A DNA stretch of 64,000 nt from a virus: positions 1-64,000 of the IMG/VR virus record IMGVR_UViG_3300018420_000012; one strand, given 5' to 3'. Shown here in pieces: positions 28,865-39,808 of the stretch. How positions within the stretch are numbered: the stretch's first letter is position 1; each line of letters begins with the position of its first letter. The position numbers were made by a program, and so were the translations under genes. The notes beneath the pieces were generated by a model. That model did not search any database, was not told the DNA's origin, and saw nothing but the letters and a program-made list of their open reading frames with translations.

Positions 28865-29173
28865 ATGGCACAATTTTCAATTGAAATTGCTGATGCTGAT
28901 GTGGATAGAGTCCTTACAGCAATAGCAAAAAATTACAATAGGCCGGAACAGGTCTCGAATCCAGACTTTGATCCGGGTAGACCAGAAAACCCCGGAAATA
29001 ATCCAAGGGATGTAGACAATCCAGAGACTACATATCAATTCGCAAATAGAATTGTGCGAGAATTTTTAGAAGCTAACTGTCAGGCGTATGAAATTAAAGA
29101 AGCGAAACGTGCCGCTGAAGATCAGGTTCGTGGCGGTAGCAAACCAGTAATTAGAGACCCTCAACGTCCATAG
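28865..29173 (+). CDS. Small protein, possible fibre assembly chaperone
   Basis: AGGAGA RBS; NP-rich small protein downstream of a fibre gene. Confidence 0.6.
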   Translation: MAQFSIEIADADVDRVLTAIAKNYNRPEQVSNPDFDPGRPENPGNNPRDVDNPETTYQFANRIVREFLEANCQAYEIKEAKRAAEDQVRGGSKPVIRDPQRP

Positions 29174-29180
29174 GTGAAAA

Positions 29181-31805
29181 ATGGCTATTACATCAACAGC
29201 CGGTGCTGGTATTACCGTAACAACTGCCGCAGTTAGCGACACGCTAGGAACTGCTGGCACGACTACTACTATAACATTTACTAACACGTTTGCTAACTTA
29301 GACAATGGTAATACCGGTACATCGTCATATGCTGGTAGATTAGCTATTTTACGTCCGGGGACCGCTACAGAAGAAGTTAGATATATCTCTAGTGAAATCA
29401 CGACAACTCAAGTAGAAGTCAGTGAGCCGTTTGAAATTGCACCAGCTAGTAGCGATGTTGTTGATGTTTCTTATATTATTGAGGATGTTGCAACAGTCAA
29501 TGGTCTTTCTCTTATCAACAAACGTACAAATGACTATAGTTCTTCTAGACGATTAACTATTGGTACTAATGGATTTTTGGCACTTCTTGATGGTGCGTCG
29601 GTGGAAACCGTGGGTAACGGCTCAACGACCACGGCAGACATTATTGTTCAGGGTAAATTCCATAATGGGTACTTGAATAACGGAAAAGCTGTTTCCGGTG
29701 GTTCGATCTTTGGTGCTGGTGGTGCTGGTACTGCCGATGCTGACTTGGTATTTGATGCACAAGCTGGTTCAGACGTAAGAATTTACGACCTTCTATTCAA
29801 GTCGGTAAATGTAAACGCCCAATCACTTCAGGGTAGTGGTGATTTTCAAAGGGCTAAGTTTTTCTCCTCTAATTATACGATGGATTTAACTGGCCCAAAC
29901 GAACTACGTGACTGTATTATTGAGGGCATTGGCGGTCTAGGCGTTGAAACAGTAGAAGTAGACAATAACACAATCATTAATGGCCTAAACCTTGTTGCTA
30001 CCAGTGGTTTCGTTAATCCTGCCGCTGGCTCTATATCAATTTCAAATCTTAGAAATATTAGTTTTATTAACAATTCAAGAAATGTTAATGTTGGTAATTT
30101 TGAAACGTGGGTTTTCACAAATCCAAATTGGACTATTGATACGGCAACACAGGAGCAAATCTACTTTAGTGGTACAATCATCACAGCCTCAGTAAAAGAG
30201 GCTTATTCATTTACCAGTGAGATTCTTGACGCTTCAGCCAACCCCGTTTCTGGTGCTTCATATACTATCTTTGAGAGTGGCAGAACGCAAGAAGCTCAAT
30301 ATTTTGGTTTATCTGATATCAGTGGTATCTATGAGCAAGATATTAATACCAATACCTATACCGATAATGGCGGAACAGCTTTAAATGAAGTTAAAAATTC
30401 TGGTTATTTTCTTAAAGTTTACGACTATGGACTTCAGCCAGCACTACTTCCACTTACCGTAGATCAGGCTCTATCTGTTCCGATTACGCTATCGGCAGAC
30501 GTTGCTATAACAAACGCGAGTCAAAGCGGTGCCGTTGTAGATGGACCCCCAGATGTATTAAGAAAAGCGGGTATTAATGCATTTCAGGTAATAGCTTATG
30601 ATGGTGGCACAGGTGGATTACCGACTATAGGAGAAGAGGTCGGTGCGGGAGTATCTAGTGCCACAGTGTTAGGCTATGAAGGGACCGCAGAAACCGGAAT
30701 ACTAATTTTAGGTGATGATTATGTAACCCCAATTGGTAATAACGCTACATTGAATGGGTCTATTGGTACATTTTCAGCACTCGCTGATAACACAACATTA
30801 GATTTAGACTTTGAATATATTATTGATTGCTCTGGATTATCTTTAGATACTGTTTATAACTCTTGGACTGCACAGCTTTCTAGCCCAAGAAGTGCTTTCT
30901 GCGTACAAGATGATGGCGGCGTTCTCACAAACTGGACCAAGGAAGCTCAAAAAAGAGAGGAGGGCGATGGCTCTGCGGGCTTTAGTGATGAATTTAATAT
31001 GTTTAACACCTCGGTAGTAAACGACGCCTTCTACATGGGTTCACTTACACCATTTAATAATGTTGCGATATTTTTAACAGCAACGGGAGGTGGACTTGGT
31101 GACTCAGAATACGTTTGGGAGTATTGGGATGGATCAACTTGGCAAACAATCACACTAACTACCAATGATGGCTTTACCGGTGCCATTGGTGTCGAGTTTA
31201 ATTATGGCTGGAATCCAATTTTAGATTGGGCACCGCAAGCTGACCTAACTGGTGCTGAATACGATTTATTTTACGTTAGGAAGAGATGCACAACCGCTAA
31301 TGACGGAACCACTCTTAGAGGTGGCTATGTCGTTATAGAGCCAAACTTCCTTTCTGTAATTGAGGATGGTGCTAACCAATGGGCAAATCCATTCACAAAT
31401 GTTGGTGGTTCTTATCAAACAGTCAGAACAACATTTAATAATTTAAATCATGGATTCTGGTTGTTGAATCGTGGTGATGGTAGTGTTTCATTCATGACCT
31501 CTAATGACGGAACGACCTATACTCCACCAGTTCAGTATACTTTCACATTAACTGGTCTCCAGCCAAATACAGAAGTCAGGATTTACACAGACGATGGAAA
31601 TAGAACAGAACTCGCCGGGGTGGAAAATAGTTCGACATCATTTTCCTATAGCTACCAATATGGCGGCTCAGATACAGATATTTATGTAATAATTCACCAC
31701 TTAGATTATGAATTTATTAGGTTGGACGGGTTGACTCTGAGTAACTCTAATCAGTCAATTCCAGTCCAACAAAGAGAAGATAGAAATTACGAAAACCCTA
31801 ACTAG
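29181..31805 (+). CDS. Large virion protein (874 aa)
   Basis: Beta-helix-like middle; WEYWDGSTWQ; C-terminal LTGLQPNTEVRIY...DRNYENP. Confidence 0.7.
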   Translation: MAITSTAGAGITVTTAAVSDTLGTAGTTTTITFTNTFANLDNGNTGTSSYAGRLAILRPGTATEEVRYISSEITTTQVEVSEPFEIAPASSDVVDVSYIIEDVATVNGLSLINKRTNDYSSSRRLTIGTNGFLALLDGASVETVGNGSTTTADIIVQGKFHNGYLNNGKAVSGGSIFGAGGAGTADADLVFDAQAGSDVRIYDLLFKSVNVNAQSLQGSGDFQRAKFFSSNYTMDLTGPNELRDCIIEGIGGLGVETVEVDNNTIINGLNLVATSGFVNPAAGSISISNLRNISFINNSRNVNVGNFETWVFTNPNWTIDTATQEQIYFSGTIITASVKEAYSFTSEILDASANPVSGASYTIFESGRTQEAQYFGLSDISGIYEQDINTNTYTDNGGTALNEVKNSGYFLKVYDYGLQPALLPLTVDQALSVPITLSADVAITNASQSGAVVDGPPDVLRKAGINAFQVIAYDGGTGGLPTIGEEVGAGVSSATVLGYEGTAETGILILGDDYVTPIGNNATLNGSIGTFSALADNTTLDLDFEYIIDCSGLSLDTVYNSWTAQLSSPRSAFCVQDDGGVLTNWTKEAQKREEGDGSAGFSDEFNMFNTSVVNDAFYMGSLTPFNNVAIFLTATGGGLGDSEYVWEYWDGSTWQTITLTTNDGFTGAIGVEFNYGWNPILDWAPQADLTGAEYDLFYVRKRCTTANDGTTLRGGYVVIEPNFLSVIEDGANQWANPFTNVGGSYQTVRTTFNNLNHGFWLLNRGDGSVSFMTSNDGTTYTPPVQYTFTLTGLQPNTEVRIYTDDGNRTELAGVENSSTSFSYSYQYGGSDTDIYVIIHHLDYEFIRLDGLTLSNSNQSIPVQQREDRNYENPN

Positions 31806-31814
31806 GAGTAAAAT

Positions 31815-32048
31815 ATGAATATTCAATGTGGTTTGCTTGAGACAAAATTAACCACAGAGGACAAAAAGTGTCAAGCACGAGATTGTTTTAGGATGATTAA
31901 AACTGACGATCCCTGCTTTGTGGATGTTACAAATTCTTCAGTGCTTTGTGATAACTGTGGAAAATGCGAGAGGTATTCTAGAAAAAAGGAAGAAGAGAGA
32001 AAAAATGAAGGAAAAGACTTACCTCTTATAAAAGGTCTAGACTATTAA
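31815..32048 (+). CDS. Small Cys-rich (Zn-binding) hypothetical protein
   Basis: AGGAG RBS; CQARDC...CDNCGKC. Confidence 0.6.
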   Translation: MNIQCGLLETKLTTEDKKCQARDCFRMIKTDDPCFVDVTNSSVLCDNCGKCERYSRKKEEERKNEGKDLPLIKGLDY

Positions 32049-32051
32049 TTT

Positions 32052-32060
32052 GTGTATAAT
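32052..32060 (+). promoter_or_regulatory. Late-promoter motif GTGTATAAT
   Basis: Intergenic, upstream of the 920-aa gene. Confidence 0.75.
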
Positions 32061-32128
32061 ACTGGGAATAGGATCATTTTTCAGGAATTACGTAAAAAAC
32101 ATGTTTTTTCTTCAAACGGAGATTTCAA

Positions 32129-34891
32129 ATGACTATTATCAACGATCCTGACCAACTTGATAGGTTTCAAGTTGCTATTGATCCACTTTACAAGACAATT
32201 TCGCTTCGCGGAAGTGGAACTTTTAGAATTCAAGCTAATACCGGAAGTGGGACAACTGAAGGTACTTTTATCGACTCTTCTGTAAACTTTAGTACGGCTA
32301 GTGTTGCAGCAAATGACATCCTCGCAGTCGTTTCTGACGAATCTAGTAACGGCGGTGTTATTGGACACTATAAAATCTCTGAGGTCGCTGGAACTTCGGG
32401 TCTAGTATTAGATAGATCAATTTCTCAGACTGGTGGTAGCGGAATTTCATATCAGGTTTATAGTACCGGCACTCGTGATGTTGCTTATCCAGCCTTGGCT
32501 GACGGCGTGACCATGCAGGCACTTTACTCCTTCCTCAAAGAAGAGTGGAGAAATAACAGCCTAAGTGCTTCTGGCGAAGACTTGATTAAATATACCTTCC
32601 CAATGGTTTCTATTACGTCCGAGCAATTCGAGGTTGGTGGTGTTTCCAACTCGAACTGGGAGTTTTCTAATGATTCTGGCGATGGAGATTTCTCAGATGA
32701 ATCACCAAGAAACTTGATTCGTACTGGCGGATGGGCTAGTATCAATGAGTCGGGTGTCATCATTGAAAACTACCCATCTATTGTTACTCTGGGTGCTCTT
32801 GGTGCTACTTCACAGGTTTACTATCAGCAAACCAGTGCGACTACTGACCCTCAAGACTTCGTTTTGACCGGCCCTGTGAATCAGGCTATTAGAACTCTTG
32901 AAACTAACGGTGGTGCTTCTGTAACTGGAAACAAAGTCCCACTTAGCGGCGTGAATGGTGCTATTCAGTTTGTATCTAGCCCAGCTTCTATTCGAGCACC
33001 TAATGGAACCGACCTATTCGCACTTGGATTTACTTCTGGTGAATTGATTCAAGTTCGCAGAAGCTCAAGTAACAACGGCTTCTTTACTATTCAGGCTTCC
33101 GGTGGAGATATTGGTGTTAGTGGTGTATTTGTTAGTGAGACCGTCGTTGACGAATCAGCTTCAGCAGCGGTTGTTTCACCATTGATTGACAACAGAGACT
33201 ACCTCGTTCTTCGTGTTAGAACGAAAGGCCAATCTTATGCTCAGTCTGAAATTGCTGACATCGGTGTTACAACAATCAATACTATTGTCAACCGATTCCC
33301 TCTATCTGAATCTTCTGATCCAGCTATTGTTCTGACAGATGGGCAACTTGGCGGTGACGGAACTGACGCAACTGATGAAATTCAAGAAGTTGAAACCTTT
33401 AATACCGCAAGCAATGGCGTTATTGGAGCATCTTTGGCGAATGGTGCGTTTACCTTCACCTCTGCTGGTGCGGGATTCTTGGCTGGTGACGCTTCCTTCT
33501 TTGACAACTGCATCTTGCAGCCGGGAGACTCAATTCAGATTGAAAATAGTGGATTTATGGAAGTCAAGAGTATTGATTCCGATACACAACTAACAGTCTT
33601 TTTTGAGCCTACTGGTATTACTGGTGGTGGTACAGCAGACTTCACTGGCGGTGGAACATCTGTTGTCTTTACAACTAAGACAGCTACTGTTGATTCTGGT
33701 TCTGTTGCTGGTACTTTTGCCTTCACCACTGGCGGTGCTCAGGCAACCCTTACCGATGCTTCTAGAGCCTTTACGACCGATAATGCCCTTGGTGATAGAG
33801 CTATTGTTTCTGGTAATATTCTCGAAGTTACAGCAACAGACGGCGACACTGATGCTATTGGTTATTATATTGTTGAGTCTGTAGCTAGTACCGCCCTAAC
33901 TGTTTCAGCACGAGACTTGGTTGGAACTTCAACAATCGTTGGTGACTCTGTGACTTATCGTGTCCTTGACGATGGAATGTTCTTGCAGTACAAGAAAGTT
34001 GACGGAACTGCTATTAGTGGTATTGATACTTTCAGCGGTGCTACAATTACTGATGCTTCTATTAGCGGTACAGACTTCAAGGTTGGTGGAACTGCTACTG
34101 TTAGCGGAACGTCAAATAACGATGGTAGTTATATCATCATAGATGTTACATCGACCACCATTACCGTGGTCAATACAGATGGAACATCACCAACATTTAA
34201 TGGTGCTGATGATGGAACGGGAACTCTTAACACAAGTTATGGATTTATTCGTGACATTGGTGGGGTTGAATACTCTTATAACTGGAGACTATTTGGTAAC
34301 AATGGTTCTCTAGCACAGTGTTTCCAATTCCTACAAAGAGAGTTACGTCGAGCGACTGATATTGATGGTGGTACTGGAACTTCTCGTGGTGACATTACTG
34401 ACCTCTTAATGACGTTTGCTTCACCTAACGGTACTACTCTTAACCTTGTTATTGACGATGTTAATCCTGCTGAGAAAAACAACTTGACTCAGCAAGATAG
34501 CACCGATACTAACCGAAACTTCCCATTCTTGGTTACTCTTCGTATTGCTTTGAACAACAATATCACTGGTGCTTCCACCAATAAGGTTGTTGTATTCTTT
34601 AGCGATGCTGATGGAAATCCGGGTAATGGTGACGAGTTTGGTACTTCTGGTGCTTCTATCGTTACTGACGAAAATAGTCAAAACATGGTCGCAGAAGATC
34701 AATCATCTTCACCTAAAGACTTTGTTTATGACTATACGGCTGGTGGAAGTACCGACAGGGCTATCACTGTTGTTTGTATTACGGATGATACAGGTCAATA
34801 CGTGGCAGCACAGAGTACACTAACGGAAGACAACGTTGTAAACGTGTCGCTCGTTGCTGGTCTTGAAAGAAACTATAGCAATCCTTCGTAA
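32129..34891 (+). CDS. Large, probably abundant virion protein (920 aa)
   Basis: Own promoter and downstream hairpin; GVTMQALYSFLKEEW domain; repeated beta-barrel-like inserts; C-terminal ERNYSNP. Confidence 0.7.
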   Translation: MTIINDPDQLDRFQVAIDPLYKTISLRGSGTFRIQANTGSGTTEGTFIDSSVNFSTASVAANDILAVVSDESSNGGVIGHYKISEVAGTSGLVLDRSISQTGGSGISYQVYSTGTRDVAYPALADGVTMQALYSFLKEEWRNNSLSASGEDLIKYTFPMVSITSEQFEVGGVSNSNWEFSNDSGDGDFSDESPRNLIRTGGWASINESGVIIENYPSIVTLGALGATSQVYYQQTSATTDPQDFVLTGPVNQAIRTLETNGGASVTGNKVPLSGVNGAIQFVSSPASIRAPNGTDLFALGFTSGELIQVRRSSSNNGFFTIQASGGDIGVSGVFVSETVVDESASAAVVSPLIDNRDYLVLRVRTKGQSYAQSEIADIGVTTINTIVNRFPLSESSDPAIVLTDGQLGGDGTDATDEIQEVETFNTASNGVIGASLANGAFTFTSAGAGFLAGDASFFDNCILQPGDSIQIENSGFMEVKSIDSDTQLTVFFEPTGITGGGTADFTGGGTSVVFTTKTATVDSGSVAGTFAFTTGGAQATLTDASRAFTTDNALGDRAIVSGNILEVTATDGDTDAIGYYIVESVASTALTVSARDLVGTSTIVGDSVTYRVLDDGMFLQYKKVDGTAISGIDTFSGATITDASISGTDFKVGGTATVSGTSNNDGSYIIIDVTSTTITVVNTDGTSPTFNGADDGTGTLNTSYGFIRDIGGVEYSYNWRLFGNNGSLAQCFQFLQRELRRATDIDGGTGTSRGDITDLLMTFASPNGTTLNLVIDDVNPAEKNNLTQQDSTDTNRNFPFLVTLRIALNNNITGASTNKVVVFFSDADGNPGNGDEFGTSGASIVTDENSQNMVAEDQSSSPKDFVYDYTAGGSTDRAITVVCITDDTGQYVAAQSTLTEDNVVNVSLVAGLERNYSNPS

Positions 34892-34913
34892 TTTAGATTG
34901 CTTGTTATTTTTA

Positions 34914-34942
34914 GCTCGCCCTCACCTTGGGGGCGGGCCTTT
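34914..34942 (+). terminator. GC-rich hairpin, probable terminator
   Basis: GCTCGCCCTCA-cct-TGGGGGCGGGC followed by CTTT; short U-tract. Confidence 0.6.
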
Positions 34943-34978
34943 ATAAACTACTATCAATAATATTTTAGGATCAGTTAT

Positions 34979-36631
34979 ATGGCATATAATGAAGCGGGGT
35001 TTGTTCGGCTACCGCCCGACAGCACCGGCAAACGATCTGCTGCTGCCCCAAGACTAATAATTAGATGTGATAGTTATGACCCCTCGGTAAATAGACTTGA
35101 TAGGGAAACAACTATAACTGGCTCTTTGTCTGGTGCTACAGCAAAAATCGTTGGTATTCACACCGAAGGTCTTGCTGCCGGTGAAGTAGAATTATACTGT
35201 AATTTAGATTCTCTCACCGGAACTTTTATTCAGGGTGACGATATCAGAATCGGTGCTACAACATATGCCACGATTGCGGCTGATGCGGATTTAGAACAAA
35301 TTTACTATCAAAAATCAGTAATTGTAGATAGAGATGACCTAGATAGAACCATGAGAATCGGTGAATATGGTGACGTTTACACCAGATTCGATGAGGGTTC
35401 TCCTGCACTAAGTAGTTTTGGCGGTCTTGTAGTAGAAGCACCGGAAACTTCTCGTCAATACGTATATGCTTACGATGAAAAATCGGGCGAATTTTATGAT
35501 GTAGAAACTGGTGCGGCTACAATAACATATCTTTCAGATGAAAGAGCTATTTTATTAGATACTAACGGTACATCCAGTGGCGATAAAGTAACAAGACAAT
35601 CTCATCTTTATCATCCATACCAGCCGGGAACCATGAGTAAAATCATGCAGACGCTTGCTTTGGGCGACACTGGAAAAGCAAATGTTCGTAGACGCTGGGG
35701 ATATTTTGATGAGAATGATGGTTTATTTTGGGAATTAGATGGTACTACGTTGTATGTTGTTGTACGCTCTAGTACAACTGGATCGCCTGTAGACACTAGG
35801 GTTGCACAAGCAAGCTGGAACGGAGATAGTTTAGATGGCACAGAAAATTTCAACCTAGATGTTTCAAAAACAAACCTTTACTGGATTGACTTTCAATGGT
35901 TAGGCGTTGGTATTTGTAGATTTGGTGTTTACGCTGACAATGGAGCCAAAATTACCGCCCATACGATTGAAAACCCAAACAACCAAGTTACTGCGTATAT
36001 GAAGACCGGCACCTTGCCGGTTAGGTATGAGATTGAGAATACAGACACAGCTGGCTCCTCTAGCGAGATGAAAGCTATCTGCTGCGTTGTTCAGATCGTC
36101 GGGAAAATAAAAAGGCAATTTACAACCTTTGGATCGTCTTGTGCGAGCACCCAATCTGTAACCTATGGTGAGGGCGAAAAAGTTTTGATGACGATTAGAT
36201 CAAAAGAGCTTTTAAATGGGCTGATTAATCACGCTATAACAACACCAAGTGAGATACACATTGTATCAGACCCAGCAACTTCTAGTGGTCTATACAATAT
36301 TAGATTAAGAGGGCTGAGTTTTACTCAGGGTGGTACTTGGCAAACGCAATCAAGTACATCTGCAACGGAATACAACTGTGGTGTGACCGGATTCTTAGGT
36401 GGTGCTCCTGCTAGTTCTGGTACTGTCCAGTATGCTGCACCAGTCAAGGGCGGCGATGATTATGACCACCGCTTTAACAATTTTGACGAGACCGCCCAGT
36501 ACAGTATTCTAACAACTACGCTTTCCGATCAAACCACAAGACCTGAGATTGCAATAACGGTAGAAGCCATCACGCCCGGTGCTAGTGGCGACTTTTTCTC
36601 AGCAATAAACTATGACGAAATGGTATACTAA
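34979..36631 (+). CDS. Virion protein with lectin/ConA-like domain
   Basis: PPDSTGKR N-terminus; YQPG...RWGYFDENDG...YWIDFQWLGVG..RFG conserved phage domain. Confidence 0.65.
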   Translation: MAYNEAGFVRLPPDSTGKRSAAAPRLIIRCDSYDPSVNRLDRETTITGSLSGATAKIVGIHTEGLAAGEVELYCNLDSLTGTFIQGDDIRIGATTYATIAADADLEQIYYQKSVIVDRDDLDRTMRIGEYGDVYTRFDEGSPALSSFGGLVVEAPETSRQYVYAYDEKSGEFYDVETGAATITYLSDERAILLDTNGTSSGDKVTRQSHLYHPYQPGTMSKIMQTLALGDTGKANVRRRWGYFDENDGLFWELDGTTLYVVVRSSTTGSPVDTRVAQASWNGDSLDGTENFNLDVSKTNLYWIDFQWLGVGICRFGVYADNGAKITAHTIENPNNQVTAYMKTGTLPVRYEIENTDTAGSSSEMKAICCVVQIVGKIKRQFTTFGSSCASTQSVTYGEGEKVLMTIRSKELLNGLINHAITTPSEIHIVSDPATSSGLYNIRLRGLSFTQGGTWQTQSSTSATEYNCGVTGFLGGAPASSGTVQYAAPVKGGDDYDHRFNNFDETAQYSILTTTLSDQTTRPEIAITVEAITPGASGDFFSAINYDEMVY

Positions 36632-37359
36632 TGTTTCACCACAGTTGGCCTCAAAATCAAGACTTATGGGCCTTATATCATAAGGTTACATTTGATGGGG
36701 TCAATAGGCAAATTATTATTAATCCTAATGAATTAGATGTTGAGGTAAAAATAGATTTATATTCAGACTGGAAGGAGTGGGCACTACAAAGAGATCATTT
36801 GAAATTTTTACCAGCTATGCGTTCGGTGGGTGGTGACGCTACGGTTGGTGGAAACTTTCTTGGATCGACATTTTTTACCATTAATAACTGGAATATTTTA
36901 GTATCAGACAGCACTGTTTTTACAGGTAACTTATTTTCTGATAACTTTGATAGCCCATTTGTTACTACGGTTGGAGCTAGAGTGGCGAGACAGCAATTTT
37001 CAAACCTTGTTGACTCAGTTTCGATTGACACCGGAGATTTGATTACAGCCGGTATAGCGACAACTACTAACATAAACAACCAGACTACTACATTACAGAC
37101 AGATATTTCAAACCAAACTACGACAATACAGAATGATTTAGCGTCTATTTCTGGTGCCTTACCAGCAGACGTTATAACGCAACTTAACTCAACAAATTAT
37201 GATGGAGTACCATTTGGAGACATAATGAACATAATTCTCTCAATGGCACAGGGGAGAATAGTAGAAAATGGGACGGGCGTATTTGAATTTTACGCACAAG
37301 ACAATAGTACAATACTTTATACATTAACTAAATCTGGCAACGAGAGAAATAGATCATGA
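36631..37359 (+). CDS. Virion protein
   Basis: KVTFDG...DLYSDWKEW...PAMRSVGGD, related to the domain in 32129..34891. Confidence 0.65.
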   Translation: MFHHSWPQNQDLWALYHKVTFDGVNRQIIINPNELDVEVKIDLYSDWKEWALQRDHLKFLPAMRSVGGDATVGGNFLGSTFFTINNWNILVSDSTVFTGNLFSDNFDSPFVTTVGARVARQQFSNLVDSVSIDTGDLITAGIATTTNINNQTTTLQTDISNQTTTIQNDLASISGALPADVITQLNSTNYDGVPFGDIMNIILSMAQGRIVENGTGVFEFYAQDNSTILYTLTKSGNERNRS

Positions 37360-37646
37360 CTACCGAGCTAACATCTGTATCGACTTTTGGTTGGTTTACA
37401 GATGAAAGCACTTATGAGTTAGATTTATTAACATCTGTATCGACTCACGGTTGGTACGGTGTTACGTTAAAGGATTTAATAGAAAGATACCCAACCCTTG
37501 ATTTTGGCCTTATTATTGACCGACTTCATGAGGTTGGGGTTGAAATAGAAGCGATACACGAAATAGAAAACTTAGAAATAAAGACACTTGAAGAGCTGGG
37601 GAATTTTGAAATAACTCAATTATACAATATAAACTTGAAAAGATAG
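37356..37646 (+). CDS. Small acidic hypothetical protein
   Basis: ATGA-coupled; internal duplicated LTSVST(F/H)GW. Confidence 0.6.
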   Translation: MTTELTSVSTFGWFTDESTYELDLLTSVSTHGWYGVTLKDLIERYPTLDFGLIIDRLHEVGVEIEAIHEIENLEIKTLEELGNFEITQLYNINLKR

Positions 37647-37649
37647 AAA

Positions 37650-37925
37650 ATGCTTTACGCTGGGTCATCTTGGTCAGAATTGCCGATCTCTACATCTCCA
37701 CAACAGGAGTCTAGCGGTGAAGAATTTGGCTACGAGTTTACTATTGATGAGTTTTTTGAGATAACTGGTGATATAGACGGAACAAAAAGTTTTAGTCTCT
37801 ATATCTGCGAAAACCCTTCTTTTAGTGTAACTATAGTTAGAGAAGTAAGTAATTTGTTAGAATTAGAACAACAGCAAGAATTTACTTTGCGTATAGACGA
37901 CGACAATACTTGGAATTTATCCTAA
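37650..37925 (+). CDS. Small acidic hypothetical protein
   Basis: In-operon ORF. Confidence 0.55.
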   Translation: MLYAGSSWSELPISTSPQQESSGEEFGYEFTIDEFFEITGDIDGTKSFSLYICENPSFSVTIVREVSNLLELEQQQEFTLRIDDDNTWNLS

Positions 37926-37934
37926 AGGTGAAAC

Positions 37935-38240
37935 ATGGCTAGTGAAATTCATGAAGGAGATATTGGCACAAAGCTGCTCATCACGGTGACTGATGACGGT
38001 AGCATTGTAGACATATCTTCTGCATCTAGCTTGTCTATTTACATTAAAAAACCAGACGGTACGATATTGACTAGAACTGGCGTTCTAGAGACAGATGGCA
38101 CAGATGGAAAAATGTACTATATTACAGTCGCTGGGGATTTAGACAGGGCAGGCAATTACAAAATTCAAGGTAAGGTAGTTCTTCCTTCTGGAAGTTATTA
38201 TACCAGTACCGCTACTTTCAAAGTTCATTGTAACTTATAG
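37935..38240 (+). CDS. BppU N-terminal-like Ig-fold structural protein
   Basis: GDIGT...VDISSA...KPDG...DGTDGK.YY....GDLD..G.Y..Q motif. Confidence 0.65.
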   Translation: MASEIHEGDIGTKLLITVTDDGSIVDISSASSLSIYIKKPDGTILTRTGVLETDGTDGKMYYITVAGDLDRAGNYKIQGKVVLPSGSYYTSTATFKVHCNL

Positions 38241-38250
38241 GGGTTAAATC

Positions 38251-38772
38251 ATGTCGTGGCAAGGTCAAATGGGAACTATTGTTAGATACCTAATCAGCGA
38301 TGTAGACCCTGACAATTATACTTTTTCGGACCATAGAATAGAGACAACCATACTCGTAGCAGCTCAATTATCTCAAATGAGTATTGAGTATAGCCAGTCT
38401 TATAATGTGAATGTTGAGAATTGCACACTAGACCCTGACCCAACAAATTCAGATAATGAAGATTACTCTTTCATAACTTTGGTTTGTTTGCGTGCAGCGT
38501 GTATAATAATAGGAAGTCAGATAAGAAGTGAGTCTGGAAACGCCATTTCTATCAAAGATGGTCCATCAGCGATAGATTTGCGTGGGGTTACTCAAACACT
38601 CACCGTTCTTTATAAAGATTTGTGTGAAAAGTATGAAAAAGCAGAACTTGATTATAGAGCTGGAAGCAGCATAGCTGGTCAAGCAATCCTTGGTCCTTAT
38701 AGCCCCGGCTCAGATTATGTGTCGAGGAACAGTCACGGCGGTCACAGAGCCGGTGGATATTTCGATTATTAA
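38251..38772 (+). CDS. Head-tail adaptor/connector protein
   Basis: VRYLISD.D...Y.FSD..I helical N-terminus; ISIKDGPSAID beta-hairpin. Confidence 0.65.
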   Translation: MSWQGQMGTIVRYLISDVDPDNYTFSDHRIETTILVAAQLSQMSIEYSQSYNVNVENCTLDPDPTNSDNEDYSFITLVCLRAACIIIGSQIRSESGNAISIKDGPSAIDLRGVTQTLTVLYKDLCEKYEKAELDYRAGSSIAGQAILGPYSPGSDYVSRNSHGGHRAGGYFDY

Positions 38773-38787
38773 CAGGAGAATTAAACA

Positions 38788-39792
38788 ATGCCTAATCAAT
38801 TAAATTCAGGCGAAATCATTACGAGTATTCAGGCTGACTTAGCAGACAATAATGCTGGTCTTATTTCCGCATATGACATTCGTCATAACATGGAAGACAT
38901 TGCATTTTCCATAAATAAAATTGTAGCGAGTGGAGACACTGAGACTGAGTTTCCATTCTTTAATATAGTAAAGGTTAGCAATGTTGATGCTGTCAGTTCT
39001 TCAAGCACAACCGCCACAAATGGCGACTTGGTTCTTGAGTCTGGACTTTTCTTCCCAAACGCACCGGTTAATTCCACCAAGCGGCAGGATCGCCCTTGGC
39101 TTGGCGAAGAGAATATCGACCACAATATCTTAGACAATTTAGATGCTGGTGATGTTCACACCCAATATTATCACAGGGCGGGCAAAGATGCCCCTAGAGC
39201 TGGGTCTAACGCACTGACTGGCAACATGGAAACAGCAGATGTTTGGATTAACACATCTGGTATCGACGATGTTGGCTTTAAATTTGTTCAAACTAACCCA
39301 TCAGCTACAGAGCAAGAAATTTATGTTTCTGGAACGATGAGATGGGCAAATACTGATAATTCTATTTTAGAAAATGCGAAGGGCGTTGCTAAGGCTTGGG
39401 CTTTCTTTAGTGCTAGTGGTAATGGCAATGTCCCAGAAATCTACGGTTGGCACAATATTGACAGTATTGCTAGAAAGGGCGAAGCTGGCAAACTAAAAAT
39501 CACCTTTAGTTCTGGTACTTTTGAAAATAATTTCTTTGTAGCGATGGGCACTTCCAACGGAACAACCTCTAGTGGTAATTTGCTGGATATGGATGTAAAT
39601 TCTGTAGCCTGCATTGCACGATCTGGAGATGACGGGAACATGCTTAGATCGGTCACTTATGTAATTCAGGATGAGGCTGGTCAATATGTTGACGGTAAAA
39701 TTTGCACGTTTGTCGCATACGGCTATAGCCCCGGAGAATCTTCTGGTACTGTTCCTACTATGATTGATGAATCATCAGCACCGACGTTTTAA
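38788..39792 (+). CDS. Fibre/collar protein with LADN N-terminal domain
   Basis: N-terminus paralogous to 13736; DVHTQY motif; AKAWAFF...NIDSI...G...ITF C-terminal domain. Confidence 0.65.
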   Translation: MPNQLNSGEIITSIQADLADNNAGLISAYDIRHNMEDIAFSINKIVASGDTETEFPFFNIVKVSNVDAVSSSSTTATNGDLVLESGLFFPNAPVNSTKRQDRPWLGEENIDHNILDNLDAGDVHTQYYHRAGKDAPRAGSNALTGNMETADVWINTSGIDDVGFKFVQTNPSATEQEIYVSGTMRWANTDNSILENAKGVAKAWAFFSASGNGNVPEIYGWHNIDSIARKGEAGKLKITFSSGTFENNFFVAMGTSNGTTSSGNLLDMDVNSVACIARSGDDGNMLRSVTYVIQDEAGQYVDGKICTFVAYGYSPGESSGTVPTMIDESSAPTF

Positions 39793-39808
39793 TCTATAGG
39801 AAAAAATA

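Noticed and set aside
37368-37456. Short direct DNA repeat TAACATCTGTATCGACT...GGTTGGT
   Set aside because: Only two copies, in frame within a CDS (LTSVST.GW); a simple intragenic duplication, not an array
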